NCBI GenBank assembly: GCA_938041705.1
Contig: CALISP010000015.1
Location: 1-48,153, forward strand
From: an uncultured Cocleimonas sp.
Lineage (GTDB): Bacteria; Pseudomonadota; Gammaproteobacteria; Thiotrichales; Thiotrichaceae
Reading direction: 5' to 3'
DNA: 48,153 nt
Shown here: positions 47,530-48,153 of the stretch, one piece after another
Position numbering within the stretch: the first letter of the stretch is position 1
How the letters are laid out: each line of letters opens with the position of its first letter
Program-made: the position numbers and the translations under genes
Notes under the pieces: generated by a model
What the model was told of the DNA's origin: nothing
What the model saw: only the letters and a program-made list of their open reading frames with translations
Databases searched by the model: none

Positions 47530-48153
47530 TTACTCTTCTTCGCTTGTAGAGTCTTCAGTTGAAGTTCCACTCTCGACATTAGCATCGTTATCATCAGAAG
47601 TAGAAGACTCATCAATTACATTTTCATCAATGCCATCGTCGACAATAATCGGATTACCATCTTCATCAAGTTCTTCTTCATCATCACCCATGTTTGCAAC
47701 ACGAACTAATTGAGTTAAGTTTTCACCATCGCCCAATTTGATTAAACGCACACCTTGAGTATTACGACCAACAACTGAAACATCCTGAACTTTAGTTCGT
47801 ACCAAAATTCCGCCATTAGTAATAAGCATGATCTCGTCTTCATCGGTCACTTGAACCGCGCCAATCGCGGCACCATTACGCTTAGAAGTCTGAATAGCTA
47901 TAACACCGCTACCACCACGCTTTTGTGCAGAGAACTCTTCAACTTCAGTTCGTTTACCATAACCATTTTCGGTTGCCATTAATAAGCGACCTTCATTTAT
48001 TACTATTAACGCATTAACTTTGTTGCCTTCTGGCATTTTGATACCACGAACACCAGCAGCTGTTCGACCCATCGCACGCACATCGGACTCTTTAAAGCGA
48101 ATCGCTTTACCTTGTGTAGTAAACAGCATCGCCTCGTCGTCTTTCTCAGTCAG
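47530..48153 (-). CDS. gyrA: DNA gyrase subunit A, C-terminal part
   Basis: Beta-pinwheel repeats RAMGRTAAGVRGI, GYGKRT, GRNTQGVRLI and acidic tail; upstream of serC. Confidence 0.95.
   Translation of the reverse strand: MTEKDDEAMLFTTQGKAIRFKESDVRAMGRTAAGVRGIKMPEGNKVNALIVINEGRLLMATENGYGKRTEVEEFSAQKRGGSGVIAIQTSKRNGAAIGAVQVTDEDEIMLITNGGILVRTKVQDVSVVGRNTQGVRLIKLGDGENLTQLVRVANMGDDEEELDEDGNPIIVDDGIDENVIDESSTSDDNDANVESGTSTEDSTSEEE

Overview
AT-rich gammaproteobacterial chromosomal segment (gene content suggests a marine Thiotrichales-like organism; this is inference). Left: dusC, then fnr divergent from a complete cbb3 oxidase operon (ccoNOQP-orf-ccoG-ccoH-ccoI-ccoS-DsbD-like). Middle (11.8-29.5 kb): accessory patchwork of small genes, including a frameshifted cytochrome c, a Lrp-regulated diaminopropionate ammonia-lyase/racemase-like/M24 hydrolase/FAD oxidoreductase cluster, a Tat-exported agmatine deiminase, two Lin0512 genes and an uncalled 56-aa ORF with a structured 3' RNA. 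Right: housekeeping blocks holA-proA-nadD-rsfS-rlmH-maf-rng and gyrA-(mscS)-serC-pheA-hisC-tyrA, with an inverted aroA, a PG-binding lipoprotein and a HerA-like ATPase. The most striking unexplained signal is a dispersed, strictly intergenic repeat with core AAAAGACACCCCCC(T/C)ACTTTT (15 clear copies). It is the sharply bounded end of a longer degenerate element that occurs in long (~155 nt) and short (~90 nt) forms and has hairpins with compensatory base changes. I found no cognate transposase, rRNA, tRNA or CRISPR array in the window.
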